DNA of 64,000 nt from Christensenella sp. UBA7584 (GCA_002477805.1 DLKQ01000013.1:13420-77419); one strand, 5' to 3'. Positions 48,333 through 58,219 are shown, counted from the stretch's first letter. Translations and numbers: made by a program. Notes: a model not told the origin generated them from the sequence alone.

Positions 48333-49029
48333 AGTTTATAATAGGGCATACAAAAAAACTAAGAAAATTGAAAACATAACTGCTACTTTGTAACAAAAAG
48401 TCTTTTGTGTTTTTGATTTTAGTAAATTGATAATTAATTAAAACACTCAATTAAAATTAAACATTTTTGTTAATATTGCAAAATCAAACTAAAAACTACT
48501 AAATAAAATTGCAAACTCAAAAAATTATTCTTTTAATCCAATGTATTTAAAAAATGGGCATTGTAATCATCTTCCACACTTTGACAAAAAATAATAAAAG
48601 CTTTTAAGAAAATGAAATACATCAATAATTTTGTGAAAAAATTACTTTTACAACTTTTTTAATATTTTATATTTTTAGTGTTAATTGTGGAAAAGTGGAA
48701 AAGTCTTATGCAAAAGTTTTACTAAAAATAAACTAAATTTATGAGCTTTTTAGTTAAGCGATTACATCTCATTTATGGCTACCAATTTTAAAAAATGGGT
48801 TTTTGAAATTAGCATTTCTTAGATGACCACAAAGAGCAATGATTGTTTGAGAAAAAATAATGTTTTTTGCTTTATTTTACTATAATTTTTAGCGAAACAC
48901 AAAATAAAATTGTGTTTATTCAATCTTTATTTAAAATTCCCGCTTGACTACAAATTCATCATTTACAAAGAAGTAATAAATTCATCAAAAAAATCTACGA
49001 AAAACACTAGACTATTTGGAGTATAATAC

Positions 49030-49058
49030 AAAAAATCACCAGTTCGGTGATTTTTTAA
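49030..49058 (-). terminator. Intrinsic terminator of thrS
   Basis: AAAAAATCACC-agttc-GGTGATTTTTT, starting ~13 nt after the stop. Confidence 0.75.
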
Positions 49059-49070
49059 TTTTTTATCTAC

Positions 49071-50807
49071 CTAAAAATCTTCTACAAGTTTAAGTGATTT
49101 GTTTTTGTTTTCAGTTTGAACAACTTTAGCAAATTTTTCTAGCGACACATCATTGACTTGCTTTCCGCCACGAATTTTTATCGAAACAGTATTTTCCGCT
49201 TGTTCTTTGCTACCAAGAATGAGAACATAAGGCACTTTCATCTTTCTATAATTATTAACTTTTGCACCCATTCCGCCTTGAGAAAGGTCAACTTCTGCTT
49301 TTAGTCCAGCATCTTTTAGTTTTTCTAAAATTGACTTTGCGTAATCAAAGTTTTCTTCACTCACTGGAACAATTCCGACCTGAATTGGAGCGAGCCAAAG
49401 TGGGAAGTTACCCTCAAAATGCTCAATTAAAATTCCAATAAATCTTTCAAACGAACCATAAATTACTCTATGAACCAAAACTGGTGTTTCAAGTCCGCCT
49501 TTTTCGTTCGCAAAAGTGAGGTCGAAGTTGCGTGGAAGTTGGAAATCAAGCTGAATTGTACCAGTTTGCCATTTTCTGCCCAAAGCATCTGTCATAATGA
49601 GGTCAATTTTTGGCCCATAGAACGCTCCGTCACCTTCGTTGAGAACAAAATTTTCTTTTCCAAAGCGATTTATCATAATTTCTTTAAGTTCAGATTCGGC
49701 TTTGTTCCAAAGGTTAATGTCTCCCATAAAGTCCTCAGGTCTTGTTGAAAGCACTGCTTGATATTTTACATCAAAAATACTGTAAAAACGGTCTGCTATG
49801 TCCAAAATTGCGTTGATTTCGTCTTTGATTTGCTCTGGTCGTATAAAGTTGTGCGAATCATCTTGCGTAAAACTTTGCACTCTGAAAAGTCCGTGAAGTG
49901 TTCCACTGATTTCTTTACGGTGAAGTTTGTCGCAGTCTGAAAATCTAAGTGGAAGGTCACGGTATGAACGAACTTTTCGCTTGTAAACCATTATTGCATT
50001 TGGACAGTTCATTGGTTTTAATGCAAAAGGGTTGTTTTCTTCACCTGTTGTGAACATATTTTCTTTGTAGTGTTCCCAATGTCCTGAGGTTTCCCATAGT
50101 TTTCGGGTGTTGAGTTGTGGGCTAGAAATTTCGTGATAACCGCGTTTTTCGTGCTCTTCTCTCCAAAAGGCAAGCAGTGTGTTAAAAAGCTTTAAACCGT
50201 GGGGAAGCCAATATGGCATACCTGGTGCGGTGTCGTCTAGGAAAAATAGGTCAAGTGCTTCTCCAAGTTTTCGGTGGTCACGGCGTTTTGCTTCTTCTAT
50301 CTGAAATAGGTACGCTTTTAACTCTTCTTTTGTAGGAAAGGCAACGGCATAAATTCGTTGAAGCATTTTGTTTTTACTATCCCCTCGCCAATAAGCTCCA
50401 GCAATACTCATCAATTTAAATGAAACACTTCTTAGCTCTCTACTATTTTCCACGTGAGGGCCAGCACAAAGGTCAATAAATTCTCCGCTTTGATAAATAG
50501 AAACAGAGTCATCTTCAATACCTTCAATTAGTTCAAGTTTGTAAGGCTGGTCTGCAAAAAACTTTTTTGCTTCACTTTTTGTCATCGTGCTGTGAACAAA
50601 ATCTACATCTTGCTTGATAAGCTCTCTCATTCTCTGCTCAATTTTTTCAAGTTCCTCAGGCAAAATTGATTTTTCAATGTCAAAATCGTAATAGAACCCA
50701 TTTTCAATAGCTGGGCCTATTGCAAATTTCACATTTGGATATAATTCTCTAACCGCCTGCGCCATTATATGCGAAAGCGAATGTCTGATTGTTTGTATGT
50801 CTACCAT
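49071..50807 (-). CDS. thrS: Threonine--tRNA ligase lacking the N-terminal TGS domain
   Basis: 578 aa. It begins at the editing-domain motif IRHSLSHIMAQAV...GPAIENGFYYDF. Class II catalytic core and a C-terminal anticodon-binding domain. AAGGAG RBS. Confidence 0.95.
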   Translation of the reverse strand: MVDIQTIRHSLSHIMAQAVRELYPNVKFAIGPAIENGFYYDFDIEKSILPEELEKIEQRMRELIKQDVDFVHSTMTKSEAKKFFADQPYKLELIEGIEDDSVSIYQSGEFIDLCAGPHVENSRELRSVSFKLMSIAGAYWRGDSKNKMLQRIYAVAFPTKEELKAYLFQIEEAKRRDHRKLGEALDLFFLDDTAPGMPYWLPHGLKLFNTLLAFWREEHEKRGYHEISSPQLNTRKLWETSGHWEHYKENMFTTGEENNPFALKPMNCPNAIMVYKRKVRSYRDLPLRFSDCDKLHRKEISGTLHGLFRVQSFTQDDSHNFIRPEQIKDEINAILDIADRFYSIFDVKYQAVLSTRPEDFMGDINLWNKAESELKEIMINRFGKENFVLNEGDGAFYGPKIDLIMTDALGRKWQTGTIQLDFQLPRNFDLTFANEKGGLETPVLVHRVIYGSFERFIGILIEHFEGNFPLWLAPIQVGIVPVSEENFDYAKSILEKLKDAGLKAEVDLSQGGMGAKVNNYRKMKVPYVLILGSKEQAENTVSIKIRGGKQVNDVSLEKFAKVVQTENKNKSLKLVEDF

Positions 50808-50948
50808 TTTTTAGCTCCTTTTTACCCCCTTATTATATAAGAAAAAAAATTTTTAGTCAATAAAATAGTCAAATTCGTTTGTATTTTTTATTCTTTTTTG
50901 GTAAAATCATTATTAAAGTAGCCCTTTAGCGAATAATTGGAGGATTTT

Positions 50949-51356
50949 ATGAAACAAAGAAAGCCTTGGCTGATTGCACTTTTGAGCCTTTGTACTATTT
51001 TTGTGTACACAGTTATTTGGTGGTATCAGGTTCAAAAAGACATAAAAGAAGAAACAAACAACGGAATTATGGCGATTGGACACCTGATGATTATGCTCGT
51101 GCCTGGCGTAAATATTGTTTATTACCTAATTTGGATTTGTAAAGTGGATAGCAGACTGGCTTTTGTTGGAGCACCAAGAGGAAATCGTGCTTTTTGGTAC
51201 ATTTTACTCACTCTCATCGGACTTGCCCCTTTTGTAGTCTTTCCTATGATACAATCCAAAATAAACAATATCGGACTAATTGAAGTTAGAGAAAAAACTA
51301 CCGCCGAAGCTCGTGCAGACAAATATGCAAAATACCTCACCCCAAACAAAAAATAA
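50949..51356 (+). CDS. Small membrane protein (DUF4234-like)
   Basis: GGAGG RBS before the ATG at 50949. Three predicted TM helices. KPWLIALLSLCTIFVYTVIWWYQVQKDI resembles the DUF4234 signature, from memory. Confidence 0.55.
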   Translation: MKQRKPWLIALLSLCTIFVYTVIWWYQVQKDIKEETNNGIMAIGHLMIMLVPGVNIVYYLIWICKVDSRLAFVGAPRGNRAFWYILLTLIGLAPFVVFPMIQSKINNIGLIEVREKTTAEARADKYAKYLTPNKK

Positions 51357-51454
51357 GCCACCAGTGGCATTGTTGGAAACAATTGTAATAAAAATCCGCA
51401 AACGAAAATTGAACTCTATTTTTGCACTGCATAAAAACGTGATTTAATTTTTAT

Positions 51455-51700
51455 CACCTCTCGCAGTTGTTAAACTATAGGAGATGTTTTTTATGCATAG
51501 TGAAATGAAATTGTACAAGATAGAATTTTACGAGCCCATAAAGAGTATGTGAAAAGCCCCATTTTCGCACCACAAAAATAAAAACCTTTTTAAAATGAAT
51601 ACCTCCTTATGGTCTATCCATATAGGAGGTTTTTTTATGGCTAGTAAAGAATATAAAGTGATTGCAAAAAATAAAATTTTACGAGCACGTAAATATTAAA
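51455..51700 (+). repeat. Tandemly duplicated ~145-nt module: ACCTC...GGAG hairpin, U-run, then a 19/20-codon mini-ORF
   Basis: Unit 1 reads TATAGGAGATGTTTTTTATGCATAGTGAAA...GAATTTTACGAGCCC. Unit 2 reads TATAGGAGGTTTTTTTATGGCTAGTAAAGA...AAATTTTACGAGCAC. The mini-ORFs are at 51493-51552 and 51637-51699. Confidence 0.6.
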
Positions 51701-51872
51701 TAATAGGAAGAACATAAAATTTCTTCCTAAGTTATTTTTTTCTAGCCCCCTACGGGAGGTAACTTCAATATACTGGTATTTTCTATAACAGGTAAAACCC
51801 TTTTGTTACCTCAACACGAAATCGTGTTTTTTAACATTGCGTTTTTTATTAATTTTTATCGCTTGTTTTCTA

Positions 51873-52301
51873 TTAATTTTTATCTTTCTCTTGGTTTTCT
51901 AATTTTTGTTCTTTTACCAATTCACTCTTTTTTTTCTCTTTTCCTTTTTCTACTTTTTGGTCTTTTTTCTTTTTAAATGAGTGAAAAAGGTGGTTTACTC
52001 CTGCAACTTCATCAACTGGTACGCTAAATGTTAGCCCCTTTCCTTCTGTAGTGAGGTTAGAAGTTTTAACTATTTCTCTCATCACAAGTTTGCGAATACT
52101 CTTTTTTACCAAAATCAAAACCACTTCTTTTTCGGGCTGAATAGGTATTCCCATAATACTTTGGTTTTCGTGCACACCAGTACCTCGTGCCTTAATGATT
52201 GTAGCACCTTCTGCACCTGCCACCTTACTTGCTTCTATAACTTTTTCTGAAAATCCTACATCAACAACTGTGATTATTAATGAAAAACTTTGTCTAATCA
52301 T
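51873..52301 (-). CDS. P-II-like signal-transduction protein with a Lys-rich C-terminal tail
   Basis: LIITVVDVGFSEKVIEASKVAGAEGATIIKARGTG shows the P-II fold pattern. GGAGAAAAAGG RBS. Confidence 0.6.
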   Translation of the reverse strand: MIRQSFSLIITVVDVGFSEKVIEASKVAGAEGATIIKARGTGVHENQSIMGIPIQPEKEVVLILVKKSIRKLVMREIVKTSNLTTEGKGLTFSVPVDEVAGVNHLFHSFKKKKDQKVEKGKEKKKSELVKEQKLENQEKDKN

Positions 52302-52339
52302 TCCTTTTTCTCCAATTAAAATTTTTATCGCTTTAATTT

Positions 52340-52807
52340 TTATTGCTTTTCTTTTTCTAAATTCTCTTTCGATTGCGAATTGTCCACTTCTGCTTTTTCC
52401 TCTGCTTTATCTAAATTATCAGATTTTTCCTGTGTCTTTTCGCTTTCTTTTGCATTGGCTGAAAGTTGTTTACTTATTTCAACAAGTCCCGATAGCGTGT
52501 TTTGGCTAATTGCATTTATAGGAATAGAAAAAACCATTCCGTTATTTTGCTTGGCTAGTTCTAATTTGTCGCAAAGCATTGATATAGCAGGTTTCACTTT
52601 TTCAATTTGTACCACAGACAAAATAACTGCACACTCCGCTTCAGCCAAACCCAAAACGCTCAAAACCCCCGAGCGATCTACCCCCTGTCCAAGCATTGTC
52701 CAAACTTTCATCGCTCCAAAAGTACCTAATATTTCACTAGCTTCTTCTATTTTTTCTCGCCTCGCAACCAAAAGCACAAACTTTATTGGCGCTTTACTTT
52801 TTGCCAT
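52340..52807 (-). CDS. P-II-like protein (second copy) with an acidic/Lys-rich tail
   Basis: FVLLVARREKIEEASEILGTFGAMKVWTMLGQG. The start is set to the ATG at 52807; a GTG at 52819 is an alternative. Confidence 0.55.
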   Translation of the reverse strand: MAKSKAPIKFVLLVARREKIEEASEILGTFGAMKVWTMLGQGVDRSGVLSVLGLAEAECAVILSVVQIEKVKPAISMLCDKLELAKQNNGMVFSIPINAISQNTLSGLVEISKQLSANAKESEKTQEKSDNLDKAEEKAEVDNSQSKENLEKEKQ

Positions 52808-52821
52808 TTTTTCACCCACTT

Positions 52822-54300
52822 TTAATCATATTCAATAATAACAGCACGCTTTAAATTTACAGTTTCATCTTCTTGCCCATTCGCAGATTTTTTGGAAACT
52901 ATTTTAAAGATTACACCAAAAATTAATACTACTAAAATTGGTGCAATTGCGCAAAAGGCTAGTGTTCCAAACGCTTCAAGCATAACATTTCCACCAAGAC
53001 TTGTACACGCACCGAGCATAAGTGGCATTGCAAAAGTTGTCGCCATTGCTCCAGTTGCCACACCGCCCGAATCAAAAGCCATTCCTACAAATAGTTTTGG
53101 AGCCACAAATCCAAGCACTATCGCAAGAAGATATGCTGGTACCAAAATCCACAAAATTGAAATATGTGTAAGCACTCTAATTGCACACAATGCAAGAGCT
53201 ATAGCAACACCAGTTGAAATACAAATGAGCATAGTCTTACGCTTTACAAGACCGTTGGTAATTTCTCCAATCTGTTTTGCCAAAACTTGAACTGCAGGTT
53301 CTACCATTGCCATACAAAATCCAATTACAGCACAGATTGGAACAAGTAGCCCACTGTAATTTTCAGCTAGCCCCGAACCTATTAGTTTTCCTACAGGTAG
53401 AAATCCAACATTTACACCAATTAAGAAAATTACTATTCCAACATAAGTATAAACAAGACCAAAAATAATCTTTAAAATTTGCTTTTTTGGTAATTTTAAC
53501 GCAAAAATTTGGAAAATCGCAAAAAATACCGCTATAGGTAAAATTACAATCGCCACATCTTTGAGGTAAATCGGAATTGCTTCCAAAAATCCTAGATTTT
53601 GTGAAGTAGCTGGGCTTGCATCTCCAACACCCAAAATCCACATAAGGAGCATTACCGCTAAAATTGGCCCCGCACTTGCAAAACCAATTAATCCAAAACT
53701 ATCATCTTTTGAACCCGCCCTTGCAGAAGCTAGTCCGACCCCAAAAGCCATAATAAAGGGCACAGAAATTGGGCCTGTTGTAACACTTCCCGAATCGAAC
53801 GAAACAGGAATTATACCCTGCTGAACAAAAATTACCATTAAAAAAATCAAAATATATGAAATTGAAATTAATATGTTAAATTTTAACTTGAACAAAATTC
53901 GCAAAAGCCCAAGCACCAAAAAAGCGCCAACACCAACCGCCACAGTCACAATAAACACCCAATGGTCAACTGAAGATACTTGATTTGCAAGTACAGTTAA
54001 ATCTGGTTCGGCTATTGTGATAACAATTCCGAGCAAAAAAGTAATAACTATCATTAAAAAAGGTTTGTTTTTCTTGCTAAGATAGCTTCCCATATGTTGG
54101 CCTATTGGAAACATCGCTGTATCAGCACCTAGAGTAAAAAGCGACATTCCAACCACCAAAAGAGCGCACGCAATTACAAAAGAAACCAGGGTTTCTACTG
54201 GTAGTGGATTAAGTGTTAATGCAAGCAAAACGACAATTAGCGTGATGGGCAAAATGGACAGCACACTTTCTTTAAATTTCACAAATAGAGCATTTCCCAT
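52822..54300 (-). CDS. DUF1538-family polytopic membrane protein (putative transporter)
   Basis: Start moved to MGNALFVKF (AAGGGGG RBS). About 12 or more TM helices in two homologous halves. From memory, DUF1538 genes typically sit next to P-II-like genes. Confidence 0.6.
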   Translation of the reverse strand: MGNALFVKFKESVLSILPITLIVVLLALTLNPLPVETLVSFVIACALLVVGMSLFTLGADTAMFPIGQHMGSYLSKKNKPFLMIVITFLLGIVITIAEPDLTVLANQVSSVDHWVFIVTVAVGVGAFLVLGLLRILFKLKFNILISISYILIFLMVIFVQQGIIPVSFDSGSVTTGPISVPFIMAFGVGLASARAGSKDDSFGLIGFASAGPILAVMLLMWILGVGDASPATSQNLGFLEAIPIYLKDVAIVILPIAVFFAIFQIFALKLPKKQILKIIFGLVYTYVGIVIFLIGVNVGFLPVGKLIGSGLAENYSGLLVPICAVIGFCMAMVEPAVQVLAKQIGEITNGLVKRKTMLICISTGVAIALALCAIRVLTHISILWILVPAYLLAIVLGFVAPKLFVGMAFDSGGVATGAMATTFAMPLMLGACTSLGGNVMLEAFGTLAFCAIAPILVVLIFGVIFKIVSKKSANGQEDETVNLKRAVIIEYD

Positions 54301-54460
54301 CACATTCCCCCTTTTTTCTTCTTGGAACTCATTTTTCATTATGATTATAGGACTAAATTGAGACTTATGTCAATCAAAATTACTCAAATTTTTGACAAAG
54401 TTTTAAAATATTTTATTGATAAAAAATTTCCATTATGATATAATAAAAAAGGTGAAAATT

Positions 54461-55780
54461 ATGAGTGACACAATCGTTGCAATTTCTACCCCACTCGGAA
54501 CTGGTGGGGTCGGTGTTATTAGGCTAAGTGGAGATAAATCAGAACGCATTTTAAAAAAGATTTTTACGCCACAAAAAGCCCAAGAATTTACACCGCGAAA
54601 AATGGTTTTTGGAAAAGTTTCGTTTAATAATATTACAGACAACTGCCTAGCAGTTGTTTTCAACGCGCCAAATAGTTTTACGGGTGAAGATGTGGTCGAA
54701 ATTCAAATGCACGGTGGCATAAAACTATTGCAAGAAACAGTTTCAAGACTAATTTCACTCGGTGCAAGAATGGCTCTACCTGGTGAATTTTCAAAACGTG
54801 CTGTTCTAAACGGAAAAATGGACATTACCGAAGCTGAAGGCCTCATTGATATGATAAACGCAAGGTCAGTCTGCCAGCTTCAGGTTGCAAGTTCACAAAT
54901 GGGTGGCGAGCTTCACAAAAAAATTGTAGAAATGCAAACTACTCTTACAAATCTATTGGCAACAATTGAAGTCGCGCTCGACTTTCCAGAACACGAGGAA
55001 ACTTTTGCCGAAGCCGAGACAAAAGAAAAAATCCCAAAGCTTATTTCGCTTTTAAAAACTTTATGTACAACTCAAAGTGTGGGAACAAAAATTAAAAACG
55101 GAGTGAGTGTCGCTCTTGTGGGAAAAGCCAATGTTGGAAAAAGTTCGCTTTTAAACGCACTCGTTGGGTTCGACCGTGCAATTGTAACTAACATCGCAGG
55201 TACAACACGCGATACTATTTGTGAAAGTTATGAATATAATGGCGTAATCTTTAACATTGTGGACACCGCTGGCTTGCGACAAACAGATGACCCAGTTGAA
55301 AAGGAGGGAATCAAGCGAAGTGTTCAAACTATTAACGAATGTGATATTACACTAAAAGTATGGGATAGTGATGAAATTATGCAGGATAGTGATGAAATTT
55401 TGTCACATACCCCCAAAAATTTTATAAATGTATTAAACAAATGCGACCTGGTTTTAACCACAAAATTCCCGTTTGACATTATGGTTAGTGCAAAAAAAAA
55501 CACTAACATTGACAAGTTAAAACAGTTGATTTATGACAAAACTATTGACAAAAACTTGCTTAGTAACGAAGTGGTGATTACCAACTTAAGGCACGGTGAA
55601 CTTCTTCAAAAAACATTAAAAACACTTGAACAAGCCGAAAGCGATTTGGACATAGTTTCCCTTGATTGCACTGCTGTTCTATTAAAACAAGCTTGGGACT
55701 TTTTAGGTCAAATCACGGGCGAAACTTCAAATGAAAAAATTATAAACACTATATTTAGTAAATTTTGTTTAGGAAAATAA
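54461..55780 (+). CDS. mnmE: tRNA modification GTPase MnmE
   Basis: MSDTIVAISTP...GGVGVIRLSG, G-domain motif GKANVGKSSLLNAL, DTAG and a C-terminal CLGK. Start set at the ATG at 54461. Confidence 0.95.
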   Translation: MSDTIVAISTPLGTGGVGVIRLSGDKSERILKKIFTPQKAQEFTPRKMVFGKVSFNNITDNCLAVVFNAPNSFTGEDVVEIQMHGGIKLLQETVSRLISLGARMALPGEFSKRAVLNGKMDITEAEGLIDMINARSVCQLQVASSQMGGELHKKIVEMQTTLTNLLATIEVALDFPEHEETFAEAETKEKIPKLISLLKTLCTTQSVGTKIKNGVSVALVGKANVGKSSLLNALVGFDRAIVTNIAGTTRDTICESYEYNGVIFNIVDTAGLRQTDDPVEKEGIKRSVQTINECDITLKVWDSDEIMQDSDEILSHTPKNFINVLNKCDLVLTTKFPFDIMVSAKKNTNIDKLKQLIYDKTIDKNLLSNEVVITNLRHGELLQKTLKTLEQAESDLDIVSLDCTAVLLKQAWDFLGQITGETSNEKIINTIFSKFCLGK

Positions 55781-55784
55781 GAAA

Positions 55785-57644
55785 ATGGATTATGAATATG
55801 ATTGTATCGTTGTGGGAAGTGGTCACGCTGGAATCGAAGCCAGTTTAGCTCTTGCCAGAACAGGAATGAAAACACTTTTAACAACTCTCAATTTGGACAG
55901 TATTGGCTTTTTACCTTGCAACCCTTCAATCGGTGGAACAGCAAAAGGTCATATTGTGTTCGAAATAGATGCCCTTGGTGGCGAAATGGGTAGAATTGCC
56001 GACCAATGTACTATCACCCGCCGAATGTTAAATGAAACAAAAGGACCAGCTGTTCACTCGCTGAGAGCTCAAGTAGATAAAAACAAATATCACGAAATTG
56101 CCAAAAAGACACTTGAAAACACAGAAAATCTAAAAATTTTACAAGCCGAAATTGTAGAAATTCTTACTGAAGATAAAAAAGTCATCGGTGTCCTTACAAG
56201 TCTCGGCGAAAAAATTACCGCGAAATCAGTAATATTATGTACAGGGGTTTATTTAAGTAGTAGAATTATTATAGGAAGTTACACTCAAGACAGCGGGCCA
56301 AACGGGTTTTCTAACGCTAAAAAGCTAAGTGCTTGCCTCGAAAATTTGGGCTTTAAAATTTTACGCTTTAAGACAGGAACACCAATGCGTGTGGATAAAA
56401 AAACCATCAATTTTTCAACTTTTGAAGAGCATATCGGCGATGAAAATACACCAAATTTTAGCAAGCGCACTAGCGAAAAAATTAAAAATTTAGACAAATG
56501 TTATTTGGGTTACACCAATGAGCAAACACACAAAATTATTAGAGAGAATTTATCTCGTAGTCCTTTATATGCGGGTATTATTAAAGGAATTGGCCCGCGT
56601 TATTGCCCTTCAATTGAGGACAAAGTTGTTAGATTTTCAGACAAACCAAGACATCAATTCTTCCTAGAGCCCGAGGGACTAAACACAGACGAGATTTATG
56701 TTCAAGGTATCAGCACGAGCCTTCCTTTTGATGTTCAAAAAAGCATTATTCACAGTATTAGCGGACTCGAAAACGCTTGGCTTATGCGACCAGCTTATGC
56801 AATTGAATACGACTGCATAGACAGCACTCAGCTTTGGTCTACGCTTGAATCAAAACTTGTGGAAGGACTTTATTTTGCAGGTCAAATCAACGGAACAAGC
56901 GGGTATGAAGAAGCTGCTTGCCAGGGGCTTATGGCGGGATTAAATGCTAGTTTAAAACTCAGAAACAAAGAGCAAATTGTACTCAAGCGTAATGAGGCTT
57001 ATATCGGAGTTTTGATTGATGACCTCGTTACAAAAGGTACAAACGAACCTTACCGAATGATGACATCAAGAGCAGAATACAGACTATTTATTAGACAAGA
57101 TAATGCTGACGCGCGTCTAACAAAAATAGGTTACCGAGCAGGGCTTGTTTCTCAAAAAGAGTATGACGCATACATAAAAAAAGAACAAGCGCTCACTGAA
57201 GGGCAAAAGATACTCGAAAAAGTTTTACCGCCAACGCAAGAATTACAAAACTTACTCGCGCAAAATAATGAGACAGCACTAAAAACTGGCGTAAAAGTTA
57301 AAACATTACTAAAAAGAGCAAATATTGATATCTTTAAACTCAATGACGCACTCAATCTTTTTGAAAACTTTTCAACCGAAGTTTTAAATGAACTTAATAT
57401 TATTGCAAAATATGAGGGCTACATAAATATTCAAGAAGAGCAAATTGAACACACTCTCAAAAATGAGGAAATTATTATTCCAAAAGACATTGACTACTCA
57501 AAACTTTCTGGTTTGAGACTTGAAGCAAAGCAAAAACTAGATAAAATTAGACCCGAAAATTTAGGTCAAGCAAGTAGAATTAGTGGTGTGTCTCCTGCTG
57601 ATATTACAGTTTTGACAATTTACTTAAAGAAAATGGAGAAATAG
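55785..57644 (+). CDS. mnmG: tRNA uridine 5-carboxymethylaminomethyl modification enzyme MnmG
   Basis: YDCIVVGSGHAGIEA (FAD-binding motif) and GPRYCPSIEDK. 619 aa. Confidence 0.95.
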   Translation: MDYEYDCIVVGSGHAGIEASLALARTGMKTLLTTLNLDSIGFLPCNPSIGGTAKGHIVFEIDALGGEMGRIADQCTITRRMLNETKGPAVHSLRAQVDKNKYHEIAKKTLENTENLKILQAEIVEILTEDKKVIGVLTSLGEKITAKSVILCTGVYLSSRIIIGSYTQDSGPNGFSNAKKLSACLENLGFKILRFKTGTPMRVDKKTINFSTFEEHIGDENTPNFSKRTSEKIKNLDKCYLGYTNEQTHKIIRENLSRSPLYAGIIKGIGPRYCPSIEDKVVRFSDKPRHQFFLEPEGLNTDEIYVQGISTSLPFDVQKSIIHSISGLENAWLMRPAYAIEYDCIDSTQLWSTLESKLVEGLYFAGQINGTSGYEEAACQGLMAGLNASLKLRNKEQIVLKRNEAYIGVLIDDLVTKGTNEPYRMMTSRAEYRLFIRQDNADARLTKIGYRAGLVSQKEYDAYIKKEQALTEGQKILEKVLPPTQELQNLLAQNNETALKTGVKVKTLLKRANIDIFKLNDALNLFENFSTEVLNELNIIAKYEGYINIQEEQIEHTLKNEEIIIPKDIDYSKLSGLRLEAKQKLDKIRPENLGQASRISGVSPADITVLTIYLKKMEK

Positions 57645-57787
57645 TAAAACGAGATTTAGTCAAAAAGAGCAAGCTATAAATAGATTAGCAGATAATTAAG
57701 ATAATTAATGAATGAAAAATTTACTGAATAAAAAATACAAGCAGCGATTCAATACTAAAAACATTACTATTATTACTATTTTTTAAA

Positions 57788-57817
57788 CAAAAACTTTCTT
57801 GAAGAGAAAGTTTTTTT
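57788..57817 (+). terminator. Intrinsic terminator after mnmG
   Basis: AAACTTTCT-tgaag-AGAAAGTTTTTTT. Confidence 0.7.
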
Positions 57818-58219
57818 ATGTTAGTAAAAAACAAACTCAAAATGGATAAATATAGTATCAGGGACTCCATTTGCTTTTTAATACAGACTATGACGCAATA
57901 GGAGAAAACTAGAGTCTGCATCTTTAACTTGCAATAGATTTGATTTATACACTTTTCCAATTTTATCTTGCAATTTTTGGTATTGATTGAGCTTTGTTTC
58001 AGAATTATCAACTTTATCAGTCCGTTGTGTTGTAATATGTCTTGTGTTTTGATTCCACTTTCGGGTAAATCTGGAATGGCTGGCAGAATTTATCACAGTA
58101 TGTATTATTATGGTCAAAAAATAATATTGCAAAAAATATTAGCTTATTTTGCGATTTTTCACTCTTTTTTATTGTATTTTTTGCAAATTTAAGTTAAAAT
58201 ATAAAAAGAGGTACAAAAA

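Noticed and set aside
51361-51440. Possible tmRNA tag-like string GCAAACGAAAAT...
   Set aside because: The reading does not give an ...ALAA-type tag. There is no tRNA-like acceptor/T-arm and no 3' CCA context nearby.
56390-56398. Perfect DnaA box TGTGGATAA
   Set aside because: It is a single occurrence inside the mnmG coding sequence. One perfect 9-mer in 128 kb of two-strand sequence is about the chance expectation.
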